DNA of 64,000 nucleotides from Nitrospirales bacterium (GTDB lineage Bacteria; Nitrospirota; Nitrospiria; Nitrospirales; UBA8639). Below are positions 1 through 9,969 of the stretch, one piece after another. Position 1 is the first letter of the stretch; every line of letters starts with the position of its first letter. The position numbers were made by a program, and so were the translations under genes. Below the pieces are notes generated by a model, which made no database searches, was not told where the DNA came from, and worked only from the letters and a program-made list of their open reading frames with translations. The DNA lies in NCBI GenBank assembly GCA_963555755.3, contig OY820905.2:3744001-3808000 (forward strand), read 5' to 3'.

Positions 1-382
1 CGACCGAGCTGGGCGGCAGGGGCAGGAGGTGCCCGTGATCGGTGCGCAGAAACTCCGCCAAGACCCGCGCATCAAAGGGGTCACTTTTCGAGCCACTCAT
101 CCGAAACCGATCGCGGGCGCGATCTAAGGCTTTGGGATTCACAGGATACACGACCACGCCATGATCCAACAGATAATCCACCACGCGCCCGTCGGGTTTT
201 TCAATGGCCGCCCACAGCTCAATGCCGGCGGCACGCCATTCATCAAGTTGTCGCCCCCAGACGCTCAGCCCCGTTGGCGTATGGGCCACCATCCCTTCCC
301 AGACGATCGCGCCCGTCTCCTCTCGCACACACACGCCATGCTGCTCCTCGCCCCAATCCACGCCCAGGTAATACCGTGCCAT
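1..382 (-). CDS. IS110-family recombinase/transposase, N-terminal DEDD RuvC-like domain (runs off window start)
   Basis: Manual translation (not in ORF track): MARYYLGVDWGEEQHGVCV...AIEKPDG...VYPVNPKALDRARDRFRMSGSKSDPFDARVLAEFLRTD. GVD, E and KSDxxDA motifs typical of IS110; RBS AAAGGAG upstream. Confidence 0.9.
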   Translation of the reverse strand, partial: MARYYLGVDWGEEQHGVCVREETGAIVWEGMVAHTPTGLSVWGRQLDEWRAAGIELWAAIEKPDGRVVDYLLDHGVVVYPVNPKALDRARDRFRMSGSKSDPFDARVLAEFLRTDHGHLLPLPPSSV

Positions 383-629
383 GAATTTCTCCTTTCTCGA
401 CGCTTCCCGTAGCGCGGTGAACGACTCGTTGGCCTTATATCGGTCCTCAGGGGGACGACTTCCTATTGAACGTTGCTCGCCGTTCCTTGCCTGGGGGGGA
501 CTGTCTGTCCTGGCTCCTTGAGAGGGAGTAGGCCTTTTGGGTCCTCGCCCCAGCAAGCGCCAGGGATGCATGATCATGAATAAAGAACAGAACGTTACCA
601 CAAATAACTCCAGAGGATTATATAAGGCC
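383..629 (-). ncRNA. IS110 non-coding end, probable bridge RNA
   Basis: ~245-nt non-coding segment directly upstream of the IS110 CDS; 431-440 is the exact reverse complement of the element end at 620-629. Confidence 0.65.
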
Positions 630-669
630 TGTCGAAGGGCCTATTCTGAGTGAAGAGAATACATCTCTG

Positions 670-2232
670 CTAGGTCCCGTCATTATGTTGAGCCTTCAGG
701 ATGGCCTGAGGAATACAGGCGAGCAGATCTCGCGCAATAAGGCCGGCTTGTCCTATTTTCTGTGCGGCAATGTCTCCAGCAAGCCCATGAAGAAACACTC
801 CCGCTCTAGCTGCTTGCCAGGGTGACAGTCCTTGGGCCAACAAGCCGGTGATCATACCCGTCAACACATCACCCATTCCTGCCGTGGCCATGCCAGGATT
901 TCCCGTAGGACAAATCGCCGCTTTCCCGTCTGGCCCTGCCACGATGGTTCGAGCACCTTTGAGCACGAGAACACAGGAGTGGGATTGGGCAAAGTCTCGC
1001 GCAATGGTCAAACGATCAGCATTGATATCCCGCGTACTCCTGTGCCCCATGAGGCGCGCCATTTCTCCAGGATGTGGGGTAAGCACGGGCGTCGAACGAC
1101 AAGTGTTGAGAAGGTCAGCATCTCCAGCGAGGGCATTGAGTGCGTCGGCATCGATGACGCAAGGACGGTCTATCTCAGCGATCAATGCCTGAATCAATTC
1201 AACCGTTTCCGGTTGAGTGGTCAAACCGGGCCCAATGCCAATGGCATCTCGCGTTTGGGCAAATTCGTGGAGCAACGGTAAAGATTTCAAAGATAAGGTG
1301 TGCTCGTGTGTCTCAGGCATCGGCGCGGTCATGGCTTCTAAGGTCTTGGCTTCGAGACAGACATTGGCACTTTCGGGTGTGGCGACGGTTACCAGACCAG
1401 TGCCAACGCGAAGCGCAGCTAGAGTCGCTAAGGCCGCGGCTCCGGTTTTTCCCGGTGAGCCGGCAATGATCCCGGCGTGGCCGAATGTCCCTTTGTGAGA
1501 AGAAGCCTTTCGGCAAGGCAGTACCTCTTGAACGGAAAGCTGAGTGATGAGAGTTGTAGACAGGTTCATGTCGTCGATGTAATTCGTGGGGATGCCGATA
1601 TCGACGTAGTGAATATCGCCAACATGGTCAATCGCAGGCCCTAAAAACAACCCGAGTTTCGGGTAGCCGAACGTGGCAGTGAGCCGCGCCTGTACGGCAG
1701 TGCCCAAGATGGCTCCCGAGTCCGTGTGAATACCGGAGGGAATATCCACCGCGATGGCCGGAAGGCCGGAGTCAGAAATGGCCTCAATGGCTGTCCGATA
1801 CTCGTCTTGAACGGGCGATGAAATACCAGTGCCCAGCAAGGCATCAACAACGAAGTCGCTGTGGCCAAGCAATTGATGGATTTTGGCTTCTGAAGGGTTG
1901 CCCCATACTTTTGAGGTGCCGGCTAATTTGGCAAACCGTTGGTACATGGTCTTGGCGTCGCCCTTGAGGTCTCGAGGGTTGGCCAAAAGGCAGACGTGAA
2001 CCTTGCATTTTTTACCACGAAGTAGCCGGGCTACCACAAAGCCATCCCCACCGTTATTCCCCTTCCCGCAAAAGATGGTCACCGTTTTCCCGCGGGGCGA
2101 GCCGAAGGTCTGTTCCAAAGCCGCAACGACACCAATCCCCGCACGTTCCATCAAAACTTTACCGGGCACACCGGCCTCGTGGATCGTCCGTCGATCGAGT
2201 TCCTGCATTTGGCTGGCGGTCACGATGTTCAT
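670..2232 (-). CDS. nnr: Bifunctional NAD(P)H-hydrate epimerase/dehydratase (NnrE-NnrD)
   Basis: GKGNNGGDG, DALLGTG, DIPSG, HKGTFG, TPHPGEM and GNPGMATAGMGDVL motifs. Confidence 0.95.
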   Translation of the reverse strand: MNIVTASQMQELDRRTIHEAGVPGKVLMERAGIGVVAALEQTFGSPRGKTVTIFCGKGNNGGDGFVVARLLRGKKCKVHVCLLANPRDLKGDAKTMYQRFAKLAGTSKVWGNPSEAKIHQLLGHSDFVVDALLGTGISSPVQDEYRTAIEAISDSGLPAIAVDIPSGIHTDSGAILGTAVQARLTATFGYPKLGLFLGPAIDHVGDIHYVDIGIPTNYIDDMNLSTTLITQLSVQEVLPCRKASSHKGTFGHAGIIAGSPGKTGAAALATLAALRVGTGLVTVATPESANVCLEAKTLEAMTAPMPETHEHTLSLKSLPLLHEFAQTRDAIGIGPGLTTQPETVELIQALIAEIDRPCVIDADALNALAGDADLLNTCRSTPVLTPHPGEMARLMGHRSTRDINADRLTIARDFAQSHSCVLVLKGARTIVAGPDGKAAICPTGNPGMATAGMGDVLTGMITGLLAQGLSPWQAARAGVFLHGLAGDIAAQKIGQAGLIARDLLACIPQAILKAQHNDGT

Positions 2233-2240
2233 GGTTTCCT

Positions 2241-2427
2241 AAAATCCGAAATACGAATCTCGAAATCCGAAACACATCCGAAATTCGAATGGGGCCATTT
2301 TTTATCTGGGACCTCGTGTCTTCAATTCGAAATACCAAGGCTATCCTGGCAGTTTTCCCCTGTTTGGGATATGTGTAATTTGATCATTGGGATGTGTTTC
2401 GGATTTCGATATTCGAGTTTCGAAATG
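2241..2427. repeat. Inverted pair of degenerate heptamer (TCGAAAT-like) tandem arrays
   Basis: ccgaaatacgaatctcgaaatccgaaacacatc ... gatgtgtttcggatttcgatattcgagtttcgaaat. Confidence 0.7.
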
Positions 2428-2457
2428 GTTCAGCCGGTGGGTTGTAACTTCGTCGAA

Positions 2458-3189
2458 TTAAATTAGAGATGACGCCCCCAATATCAATGCTTTCATTTCT
2501 CGGACGGCCCGCTCCAGACCTACCAGGACGGCTCGGGAAATGATGCTGTGGCCGATATTAAATTCAACAATTTCTCGGATCGCGGTGAGCGCCTGAATAT
2601 TTTGGTAGGTCAGTCCATGTCCGGCGTTCACTTCCAACCCGAGTCTATGCGCCAATTGTGTTCCTTCAAGAATGGCATCAAATTCTTTATTGATGTCCTG
2701 GGGTTGCCGACTATTGGCATAGCGTCCGGTATGCAATTCAATGGCATCAGCCCCAACTTTTTGGGCAGCTCGTATTTGACGAGGATCGGGGTCAATGAAC
2801 AGACTGACCGGAATTTGAGCATCATGAAAGGTATGGATTAAGGCCTTGATACGCTCGCGATGCTCGGTCACCGCTAGTCCGCCTTCCGTCGTGAGTTCTT
2901 GGCGTCGTTCCGGGACCAGCGTGACTTTATCGGGCCGGACTTGAAGTGCGATTTTGGTTACAGATTCCTCCACAGCCATTTCCAAATTTAACGAGTTGGG
3001 GACGGTCTCTCGAAGAAGTTTGAGATCGCGATCTTGAATATGGCGGCGGTCCTCACGAAGATGGATCACAATGCCATCTGCCCCACCAAGATCTACCAAG
3101 ACAGCAGCAGCAACGGGATCGGGTTCATGACCGCCCCGTGCCTGTCGCAGCGTCGCCACATGATCGACGTTGACGCCTAGCCTAACCAT
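2458..3189 (-). CDS. pdxJ: Pyridoxine 5'-phosphate synthase
   Basis: [38 protein letters not shown] and EFNIGHSII motifs. Confidence 0.97.
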   Translation of the reverse strand: MVRLGVNVDHVATLRQARGGHEPDPVAAAVLVDLGGADGIVIHLREDRRHIQDRDLKLLRETVPNSLNLEMAVEESVTKIALQVRPDKVTLVPERRQELTTEGGLAVTEHRERIKALIHTFHDAQIPVSLFIDPDPRQIRAAQKVGADAIELHTGRYANSRQPQDINKEFDAILEGTQLAHRLGLEVNAGHGLTYQNIQALTAIREIVEFNIGHSIISRAVLVGLERAVREMKALILGASSLI

Positions 3190-3435
3190 GCCAATCCTCT
3201 TTCCAGGGAATGCTTAATTTTCCTTGTTTCGACGAGGGTGGCATTATGGCAAATTGCCCAGGGGGTCGCAATCAATCAACCCCTTGCTGTAACCCAAAAT
3301 ACGTATATGATAAAGAGTGGTGGGATATTCGAAAACCGTTGGGAAAACACAGACTTTGATTGACTGGTTTTGAACCCTCTACTACAATAGTCGGATTCTC
3401 TACAAATAGAGAGCCTAATTAGGCAAATACCCTAA

Positions 3436-3722
3436 GAACCAGTCCGAGATTAGGGATCGTTGCGAGGGGGTACTGGGTTGAGTCAGATATTTCGATCGTT
3501 TGAGGCGAATAGTGAGGCTATTTAACGAAAACGGGGATTGTTCAAAAAGGCTGTCCAGCAAGGCCGCAGGGCTTTTGGCGCGCGGAGCGTACACGGAGTA
3601 CGTGAGCACGCCAAAAGCCCGAGAACGCGGCTGGCGGCCTTTTTCAACATTCCCCGAAAAAGATCGGAAGATCTGGCCAAGTCCAGCGCATTCGCAGTAG
3701 ATCCCTCATCTCGGACGGGCTC
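3436..3722. mobile_element. Composite MITE: outer shell with degenerate TIRs enclosing a family-A palindrome (3533-3655)
   Basis: Closely similar inverted copy at 19804-20097; inner ends GGGGATTGTTCAAAAA / TTTTTCAACATTCCCC. Confidence 0.75.
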
Positions 3723-3754
3723 ACAGATTTTCAAGGAAGGTCATACGCGTACGT

Positions 3755-4939
3755 ATGGAAAATTTCTTTCGCATTCAGCGGCTCCCGCCTTATGTGTTTG
3801 GTCAAGTTCAAGCACTGAAAATGGAAGCGCGTCAACAGGGCGAGGACATCATTGATCTGGGGATGGGAAATCCTGATCAAGCGACCCCGCCGCATATTGT
3901 CGAGAAATTGATTGAAGCCGCTCGAAAAGGTAAAAATCATCGCTATTCCGCGTCTCGTGGAATCACCAAGTTACGCCATGCGATTTGTGATTGGTACGGT
4001 CGGCAGTACGATGTGGACTTAGATCCCGAAACCGAAACCATTGTCACGCTTGGCGTGAAAGAAGGTCTATCGCATTTGTTGTTGGCGATGGTGGGACCAG
4101 GTGATGTGGTGTTGACGCCAACCCCGACGTATCCGATTCACATGTATGGAGTCATTATTGCCGGCGGTGAAGTCCGTGGAGTGGCCCTTGGCCCACAAGA
4201 AAATTTTTTCGAAAACCTCACACGTGCCTATCGACAGAGTCAACCACGTCCGCGCGTTTTGATTATGAGTTTTCCGCATAATCCCACGACCAGTGTGGTG
4301 GATCTTGAGTTTTTCAAAAAGGTCGTGGACTTTGCTCGCGAGCATCATGTCTACGTGATTCATGATTTAGCCTACGCTGATATCGTGTTTGACGGGTATC
4401 GGGCTCCCAGTTTATTGCAGGTGCCAGAGGCCAAAGAAATTGGTGTTGAGTTTTTTTCCTTGTCCAAGAGTTACAACATGCCCGGGTGGCGAGTGGGTTT
4501 TTGTGTGGGCAATAAAGACATCATTGGCATCCTGACAAAGATCAAAAGCTACCTTGATTACGGCATGTTCCAACCCGTACAAATTGCGAGCATCATTGCG
4601 CTGAACGGACCGCAGGATTGCGTGAAGTCCATCGTTGGCAGATATGAACGCCGACGCAATGTCTTGGTCTCGGGCCTGAATCGCGTGGGTTGGGCCGTGG
4701 ATTATCCACGAGCCACCATGTTCGTGTGGGCACGAATCCCTCCGGCCTATGCGGGAATGGGCTCAATAGAGTTTTCAAAGTTTTTACTCCGTGAAGGAAA
4801 AGTGGCCGTCTCTCCAGGCATTGGCTTTGGAGATGGCGGGGATGATTACGTGCGGTTTGCCCTCGTGGAAAATGAACATCGCATTCAACAAGCCGTTCGG
4901 GGAATCAAAGCGGCGCTCAAAATTCAAACACCGTCATGA
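3755..4939 (+). CDS. alaC: Class I/II PLP aminotransferase, AlaC-like
   Basis: [23 protein letters not shown] and [14 protein letters not shown]; position upstream of hom. Confidence 0.85.
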   Translation: MENFFRIQRLPPYVFGQVQALKMEARQQGEDIIDLGMGNPDQATPPHIVEKLIEAARKGKNHRYSASRGITKLRHAICDWYGRQYDVDLDPETETIVTLGVKEGLSHLLLAMVGPGDVVLTPTPTYPIHMYGVIIAGGEVRGVALGPQENFFENLTRAYRQSQPRPRVLIMSFPHNPTTSVVDLEFFKKVVDFAREHHVYVIHDLAYADIVFDGYRAPSLLQVPEAKEIGVEFFSLSKSYNMPGWRVGFCVGNKDIIGILTKIKSYLDYGMFQPVQIASIIALNGPQDCVKSIVGRYERRRNVLVSGLNRVGWAVDYPRATMFVWARIPPAYAGMGSIEFSKFLLREGKVAVSPGIGFGDGGDDYVRFALVENEHRIQQAVRGIKAALKIQTPS

Positions 4940-6252
4940 AATCATGTATCGACATTGGCTTGGTCGGATTAGGAACCGTGGGGACGGGGACGGCCAAAAT
5001 TTTGCTCGAAAACCGAGACCTGATTGCTCGTCGGGTTGGCGTTCCACTTGAACTCAAACGGATCGTGGATTTGGATGTGACCACGGATCGGGGCATTGCG
5101 CTTCCCGATGGCCTGCTCACTGCCGATCTCCCAGGCCTGCTCAATGATCCCACGATTGATATTATCATTGAACTCATCGGCGGGTATGACACGGCGAAAC
5201 GCATCATGCTCGATGCGATGGCCCAAGGCAAGCATGTCGTGACCGCGAACAAAGCGCTCCTTGCGGTTCATGGAGAAGATGTGTTTACCGCAGCGGCTCG
5301 CGCTGGTTTGGATGTTGGGTTTGAGGCGAGCGTGGGTGGCGGCATTCCCATCATCCGTGCACTGAATGAAGGGTTGGCCGCTAATCGATTGGCGTCCATC
5401 GTGGGTATTCTCAATGGTACCGCGAATTATATCCTCACGAAAATGCTCAGGGAACAGCAGGAATTCGAAGAAGCTCTGGCTCAAGCGCAAGCCGCGGGAT
5501 ATGCAGAGGCAGATCCCACGTTCGATATTCAAGGCATTGATTCTCTCCACAAATTAGCCATCATGGTGAATTTGGCTTATGGGACACCCGTGAATGTGAA
5601 GGACGTGTTTACGGAGGGCATTCAGCATGTCACGGCGTTGGACATTCAGTATGCGTCAGAACTGGGAATGGTCGTGAAATTATTGGGGATTGCCAAGCTT
5701 CATGACGGAGAAGTGGAGGCGCGTGTTCATCCAGCTCTTATTGACAAAGATTCGCCATTGGCTCAAGTCCATGGTGTGTATAACGCGATTCATATCGTCG
5801 GGGACGCGGTTGGGGACGTCATGTTGTATGGACAGGGAGCTGGAGCCCTGCCGACAGGGAGTGCCGTGGTCAGTGATGTGATTAGTATCGCACGGAACAT
5901 TCAACGGCAGGCCTGTGGGCGTGTGCCGCCGACATCGTTTCCGCTAGACCAGCGAGTTCCGATTCGAATTCGACCGATGGAAGAATTGACCACGCGATAT
6001 TATTTACGCTGCATGGTTCTGGATCGTCCTGGTGTGCTTTCGCAAATTGCGGGTGTGTTGGGCAATCATGGCATCAGCATTATGTCGGTGCTCCAGCAGG
6101 GTCGTCATGAAGCTCAAGCTGTTCCCTTAGTCATTATGACGCATCGGGCCTCTGAGCGATCCGTTCAGACTGCGCTAAAGGAGATCAATACGATGTCCTC
6201 CGTCGTGTCTCAATCCACCACACTCATTCGCGTTGAAGATGAAGAACGATGA
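4936..6252 (+). CDS. hom: Homoserine dehydrogenase with C-terminal ACT domain
   Basis: [31 protein letters not shown] and DRPGVL. Confidence 0.96.
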   Translation: MKSCIDIGLVGLGTVGTGTAKILLENRDLIARRVGVPLELKRIVDLDVTTDRGIALPDGLLTADLPGLLNDPTIDIIIELIGGYDTAKRIMLDAMAQGKHVVTANKALLAVHGEDVFTAAARAGLDVGFEASVGGGIPIIRALNEGLAANRLASIVGILNGTANYILTKMLREQQEFEEALAQAQAAGYAEADPTFDIQGIDSLHKLAIMVNLAYGTPVNVKDVFTEGIQHVTALDIQYASELGMVVKLLGIAKLHDGEVEARVHPALIDKDSPLAQVHGVYNAIHIVGDAVGDVMLYGQGAGALPTGSAVVSDVISIARNIQRQACGRVPPTSFPLDQRVPIRIRPMEELTTRYYLRCMVLDRPGVLSQIAGVLGNHGISIMSVLQQGRHEAQAVPLVIMTHRASERSVQTALKEINTMSSVVSQSTTLIRVEDEER

Positions 6253-6328
6253 GGTGGTGTGACCATATGAACCGGAGTCGAGTGCTGGTCCTGATGAAGA
6301 CATTTCAATTCTTTCTCAGTCATGGAGT

Positions 6329-7393
6329 GTGGCGATGATCCCGTGGCGCGGCGTCATTGAAGAATTTCGTAAATTTCTTCCTGTGTCGGAGCACACGCCT
6401 ATCATCAGTTTGTGCGAAGGTAATACGCCATTGATTCGAGCGGATCGTTTGGCCAAGAAGGTGTGTCCACAGGTGGAGTTGTATTTGAAGATCGAGGGTG
6501 CGAATCCGACCGGATCGTTTAAAGATCGTGGAATGACCCTTGCCGTTTCCAAGGCCATGGAAAAACAGGTGCGGGCGATCATGTGCGCCTCGACAGGGAA
6601 TACGTCTGCCGCTGCCGCAGCGTACGGAGGCAAAGCCGGGTTGCCGGTTTATGTACTCGTTCCTGCGGGAAACATTGCTCTCGGGAAGTTAGCCCAGGCC
6701 ATGGTGCATGGAGCCATTGTGTTTCAAATTGAAGGAAATTTCGACCAAGCGCTGACGATTGTTCGTGAACTCTGTGCCGACGATGAGTTCGAACTCGTGA
6801 ACTCCCTGAATCCGTTTCGATTGGAAGGCCAAAAGACTGCGGCAATGGAAGTGTGCCATCAACTTGGGAGAGCCCCGACGTTTCATTTTCTCCCGGTCGG
6901 CAATGCCGGAAATATTTCCGCCTATTGGAAAGGATACCGTGAATACCACAGGGCTGGACAAATTCATCAGCTGCCTAAGATGATGGGTTTTCAGGCTGAA
7001 GGCGCCGCCCCTATCGTTCGCGGTCATGTGATTGAAGATCCACAAACGGTGGCCACGGCGATTCGGATAGGAAACCCTGCGAGTTGGAAGCTTGCCCTCC
7101 AAGCGGTGGCTGAATCTTCAGGAAAGATTGATATTGTCACCGATGAGGACATATTGACTGCCTATCGTATTCTGGCAAAGGAAGAAGGGGTGTTTTGTGA
7201 ACCTGCTTCAGCTGCTTCCGTGGCTGGGGTTACCAAGTATAGCCAAGCCGGGCTGTTGCCCGAAGGCACTACTGTGGTGTGTACATTAACCGGACATGGA
7301 TTAAAGGATCCGGATATTGCCGTCGAAATCTCGCCCCGCCCCCGTACGGTCAAAGCAACACGGGAAGACGTGTTAGCATTGTTACGAGCTTAA
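6329..7393 (+). CDS. thrC: Threonine synthase
   Basis: NPTGSFKDRG, CASTGNTSA, PVGNAGN and EPASAAS. Confidence 0.96.
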   Translation: MAMIPWRGVIEEFRKFLPVSEHTPIISLCEGNTPLIRADRLAKKVCPQVELYLKIEGANPTGSFKDRGMTLAVSKAMEKQVRAIMCASTGNTSAAAAAYGGKAGLPVYVLVPAGNIALGKLAQAMVHGAIVFQIEGNFDQALTIVRELCADDEFELVNSLNPFRLEGQKTAAMEVCHQLGRAPTFHFLPVGNAGNISAYWKGYREYHRAGQIHQLPKMMGFQAEGAAPIVRGHVIEDPQTVATAIRIGNPASWKLALQAVAESSGKIDIVTDEDILTAYRILAKEEGVFCEPASAASVAGVTKYSQAGLLPEGTTVVCTLTGHGLKDPDIAVEISPRPRTVKATREDVLALLRA

Positions 7394-7451
7394 AGGATCC
7401 AACCTTCGTTAACGATTCCGTTCCCCATAGCCCAACATCTGAGAACCCAAC

Positions 7452-8687
7452 ATGAAAACAATCATTCTTCAAGGCGATGGCATCGCCGATCTTCCCACCT
7501 CCGAGCTTGGTAATCGAACTCCATTGCAAGTTGCGTCCACCCCCTCACTTGATTTCTTGGCTTCACACGGTGAATTTGGGTCGTTGACGTTGCCGGGCAC
7601 AGCACGGTCGCTCACCGGAGATGTGACGCACTTGGCCCTGTTGGGCTATGATCCAAAAAAGTATTATTCCGGTCCCGGTCCCTTGGCCGGTGCTGGTCTC
7701 GAAGTCGTGTTGGGCCAACAGGATGTCGCGTTTATCTGTAATATTGTCACCCTGGGAACGGCTCCTGGCCATGTGGAGGGGAATAAACTGGATGCCCACG
7801 TCGTGTTGGAAGATGATACAGCGGAAGACATTCGTACGGAGGATGCGCGTGAACTGATTGATATGGCCAATGAGCAACTTGGCTCGGAATCCATCCAATT
7901 TTATGCGGGCACAGGGTGCCGGCATTTGATGGTGTGGGTGGGGGGAGTCTCGAGGATGACCTGTCATGATCCGCATTTTGCCGTTGGTCAAGGCGTCAGC
8001 ACGTTCCTCCCTCAAGGGGATCAGGCTAATGTGCTCAAGGAATTAATGGAAGCGTCGCGGGTCATTCTGCGGAACCATCCTGTCAATCAGGGCCGAGTTG
8101 AAGCGGGCCTCAAACCAGGAAATGGTTTGTGGTTGTGGGGGCCGGGTAAGCCCATTGAATTGCCCTCATTCAAAGATCGATTTGGGATCTTAGGCGTGAC
8201 GCTGTCGAATTCCGATTTACATCTTGGCATCAGCCGTTGTGCGGGAATGAAAGGCCTCAATGTGGATACGGAAGGCGATTCCTCCCGCAGTGTCTTTGAA
8301 GCGTATGCTGACGTCGTGGTGAAGCTGATCGATCAAGTTCCATTGGTTTACATTCATGTTCAAGAACAACCGGATATTAGGGAAGGATATCCTAGGGAAA
8401 AGGTCACTCGGTTGGAGCAGTTCGATCAGGAATTAGTGGGACCACTGATGAAGCATGCGCAGCAAGCTGGAGATTGTCGAGTCTTGGTGGTCTGTAATCG
8501 GTGGGGAGGCGGTCGTGACGAACAGGCTGGAACGCCCTCGACCCCCTTTGTGTTGTATGAGAGTGGTACATCTCAAGAGAAAAATACCCAGAGGCAATTC
8601 AATGAAGTGGAGGCTCAGAAATCGCCTGTTGGGACGAAAGATGCCACACGATTCATGAATGGGTTCTTTGCAAAGCCTCCACGATAA
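7452..8687 (+). CDS. Cofactor-independent phosphoglycerate mutase-like (ApgM / proposed homoserine kinase family) protein with degenerate active site
   Basis: GDGIAD..TPL..ASTP.LD, LLGYDP..YYSG.GPL, NHPVN..R and WLWG.G motifs; located between thrC and lysC. Confidence 0.75.
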   Translation: MKTIILQGDGIADLPTSELGNRTPLQVASTPSLDFLASHGEFGSLTLPGTARSLTGDVTHLALLGYDPKKYYSGPGPLAGAGLEVVLGQQDVAFICNIVTLGTAPGHVEGNKLDAHVVLEDDTAEDIRTEDARELIDMANEQLGSESIQFYAGTGCRHLMVWVGGVSRMTCHDPHFAVGQGVSTFLPQGDQANVLKELMEASRVILRNHPVNQGRVEAGLKPGNGLWLWGPGKPIELPSFKDRFGILGVTLSNSDLHLGISRCAGMKGLNVDTEGDSSRSVFEAYADVVVKLIDQVPLVYIHVQEQPDIREGYPREKVTRLEQFDQELVGPLMKHAQQAGDCRVLVVCNRWGGGRDEQAGTPSTPFVLYESGTSQEKNTQRQFNEVEAQKSPVGTKDATRFMNGFFAKPPR

Positions 8688-9928
8688 TGGCGCTATTTGT
8701 CCAAAAATTTGGTGGGACCTCAGTTGGTGATCTCGAACGTATTCATCGGGTCGCCCAACGGATTGAAGAAACCATACGAGCCGGTCATCAAGTCGTGGTT
8801 GTGCTTTCCGCGATGAGTGGAGAAACCGACCGATTGATGCGACTGGCTCACGAAGTCACCTCGCATCCAGATGATCGTGAACTGGACGTCTTGCTCTCTT
8901 CTGGAGAGAGGGTCACGATTGCCCTCTTGGCCATGGCGCTTTGTGGTCGAGGGATCAATGCGCGTTCTTTTACCGGGCGTCAGGTGGGGATCGTCACGAA
9001 CAGTTCTCATACCCGTGCCCGCATCGAGAAAATCATGGCGTCTCCGGTTCGCCAAGCTCTAGCGGAAGGCGTGGTCCCAGTCGTCGCAGGGTTTCAGGGA
9101 GTGAATGAGCGTTCCGAGGTGACCACCTTAGGTCGCGGAGGATCTGACCTTACAGCGGTTGCCCTGGCGGCCTCGTTGAAAGCCGATCGATGTATGATTT
9201 TTACGGATGTGGATGGTGTGTATACGGCTGACCCTAAGGTTGTGCCGTCAGCCAGAAAAATTCACAAGTTATCGTATGAAGAGATGCTGGAGTTAGCCAG
9301 TCTGGGGGCCAATGTTCTTCAATCCCGATCAGTTGAATTTGCGGCGAAATACGGTGTTCCAGTAGAAGTAAAATCAAGCTTCCAGGAGGGGGAAGGTACA
9401 CTCGTGACACATGAAGATGCAGATATGGAACGGGCCGTTGTTTCAGGCGTGGCCGGTGATCGTAACCAAGCCAAAATCACCGTTGTTGGAGTGCCTGACC
9501 GGCCTGGGATTGCCGCGGATCTCTTTAGCGCCGTGGCAGGTGCATCAATTTCCGTGGATATGATTATTCAGAACGTGAGTCAGGGGTCCTTAGCCGATAT
9601 TTCGTTTACCGTGCCTCGTACGGATTTACCTCGGGCGTTGCCGATGATGGAGAAGGCCAAAATCGAACTTGGTGCGCAGACCATTGAAGTCAAGGATGAA
9701 ATTGCCAAAGTGTCGATTGTCGGTGTGGGGATGCGATCGCATTCGGGCGTGGCCTCTCGTATGTTTCAGGCCCTCTCCAGAGAAGGGATCAATATCCTGA
9801 TGATTAGCACCTCCGAAATAAAAATTTCCTGTGTGCTGGATGAACGAGATCTTGATTCTGCAATTAATGCCTTGCATCAAGAATTTGCTCTTGATGTTGA
9901 CGAATCACCTGGAACTTCGAAACAATAG
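8687..9928 (+). CDS. lysC: Aspartate kinase
   Basis: VQKFGGTSV, TTLGRGGSD and DVDGVYTADP; two ACT domains. Confidence 0.96.
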   Translation: MALFVQKFGGTSVGDLERIHRVAQRIEETIRAGHQVVVVLSAMSGETDRLMRLAHEVTSHPDDRELDVLLSSGERVTIALLAMALCGRGINARSFTGRQVGIVTNSSHTRARIEKIMASPVRQALAEGVVPVVAGFQGVNERSEVTTLGRGGSDLTAVALAASLKADRCMIFTDVDGVYTADPKVVPSARKIHKLSYEEMLELASLGANVLQSRSVEFAAKYGVPVEVKSSFQEGEGTLVTHEDADMERAVVSGVAGDRNQAKITVVGVPDRPGIAADLFSAVAGASISVDMIIQNVSQGSLADISFTVPRTDLPRALPMMEKAKIELGAQTIEVKDEIAKVSIVGVGMRSHSGVASRMFQALSREGINILMISTSEIKISCVLDERDLDSAINALHQEFALDVDESPGTSKQ

Positions 9929-9969
9929 AGGGCTGGACAGAGTGCATTCGTCCAAAGAGGGATACCATC

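Noticed and set aside
161..412. 83-aa plus-strand ORF
   Set aside because: Antisense shadow of the IS110 recombinase on the minus strand
3415..3855. Recurrent small ORFs such as MFKKAVQQGRR and MLKKAAS (also 19528-20229, 40583-40933, 43304-43657, 57183-57711)
   Set aside because: They are translations of palindromic MITEs and repeats, open in several frames on both strands, with no protein-family motifs
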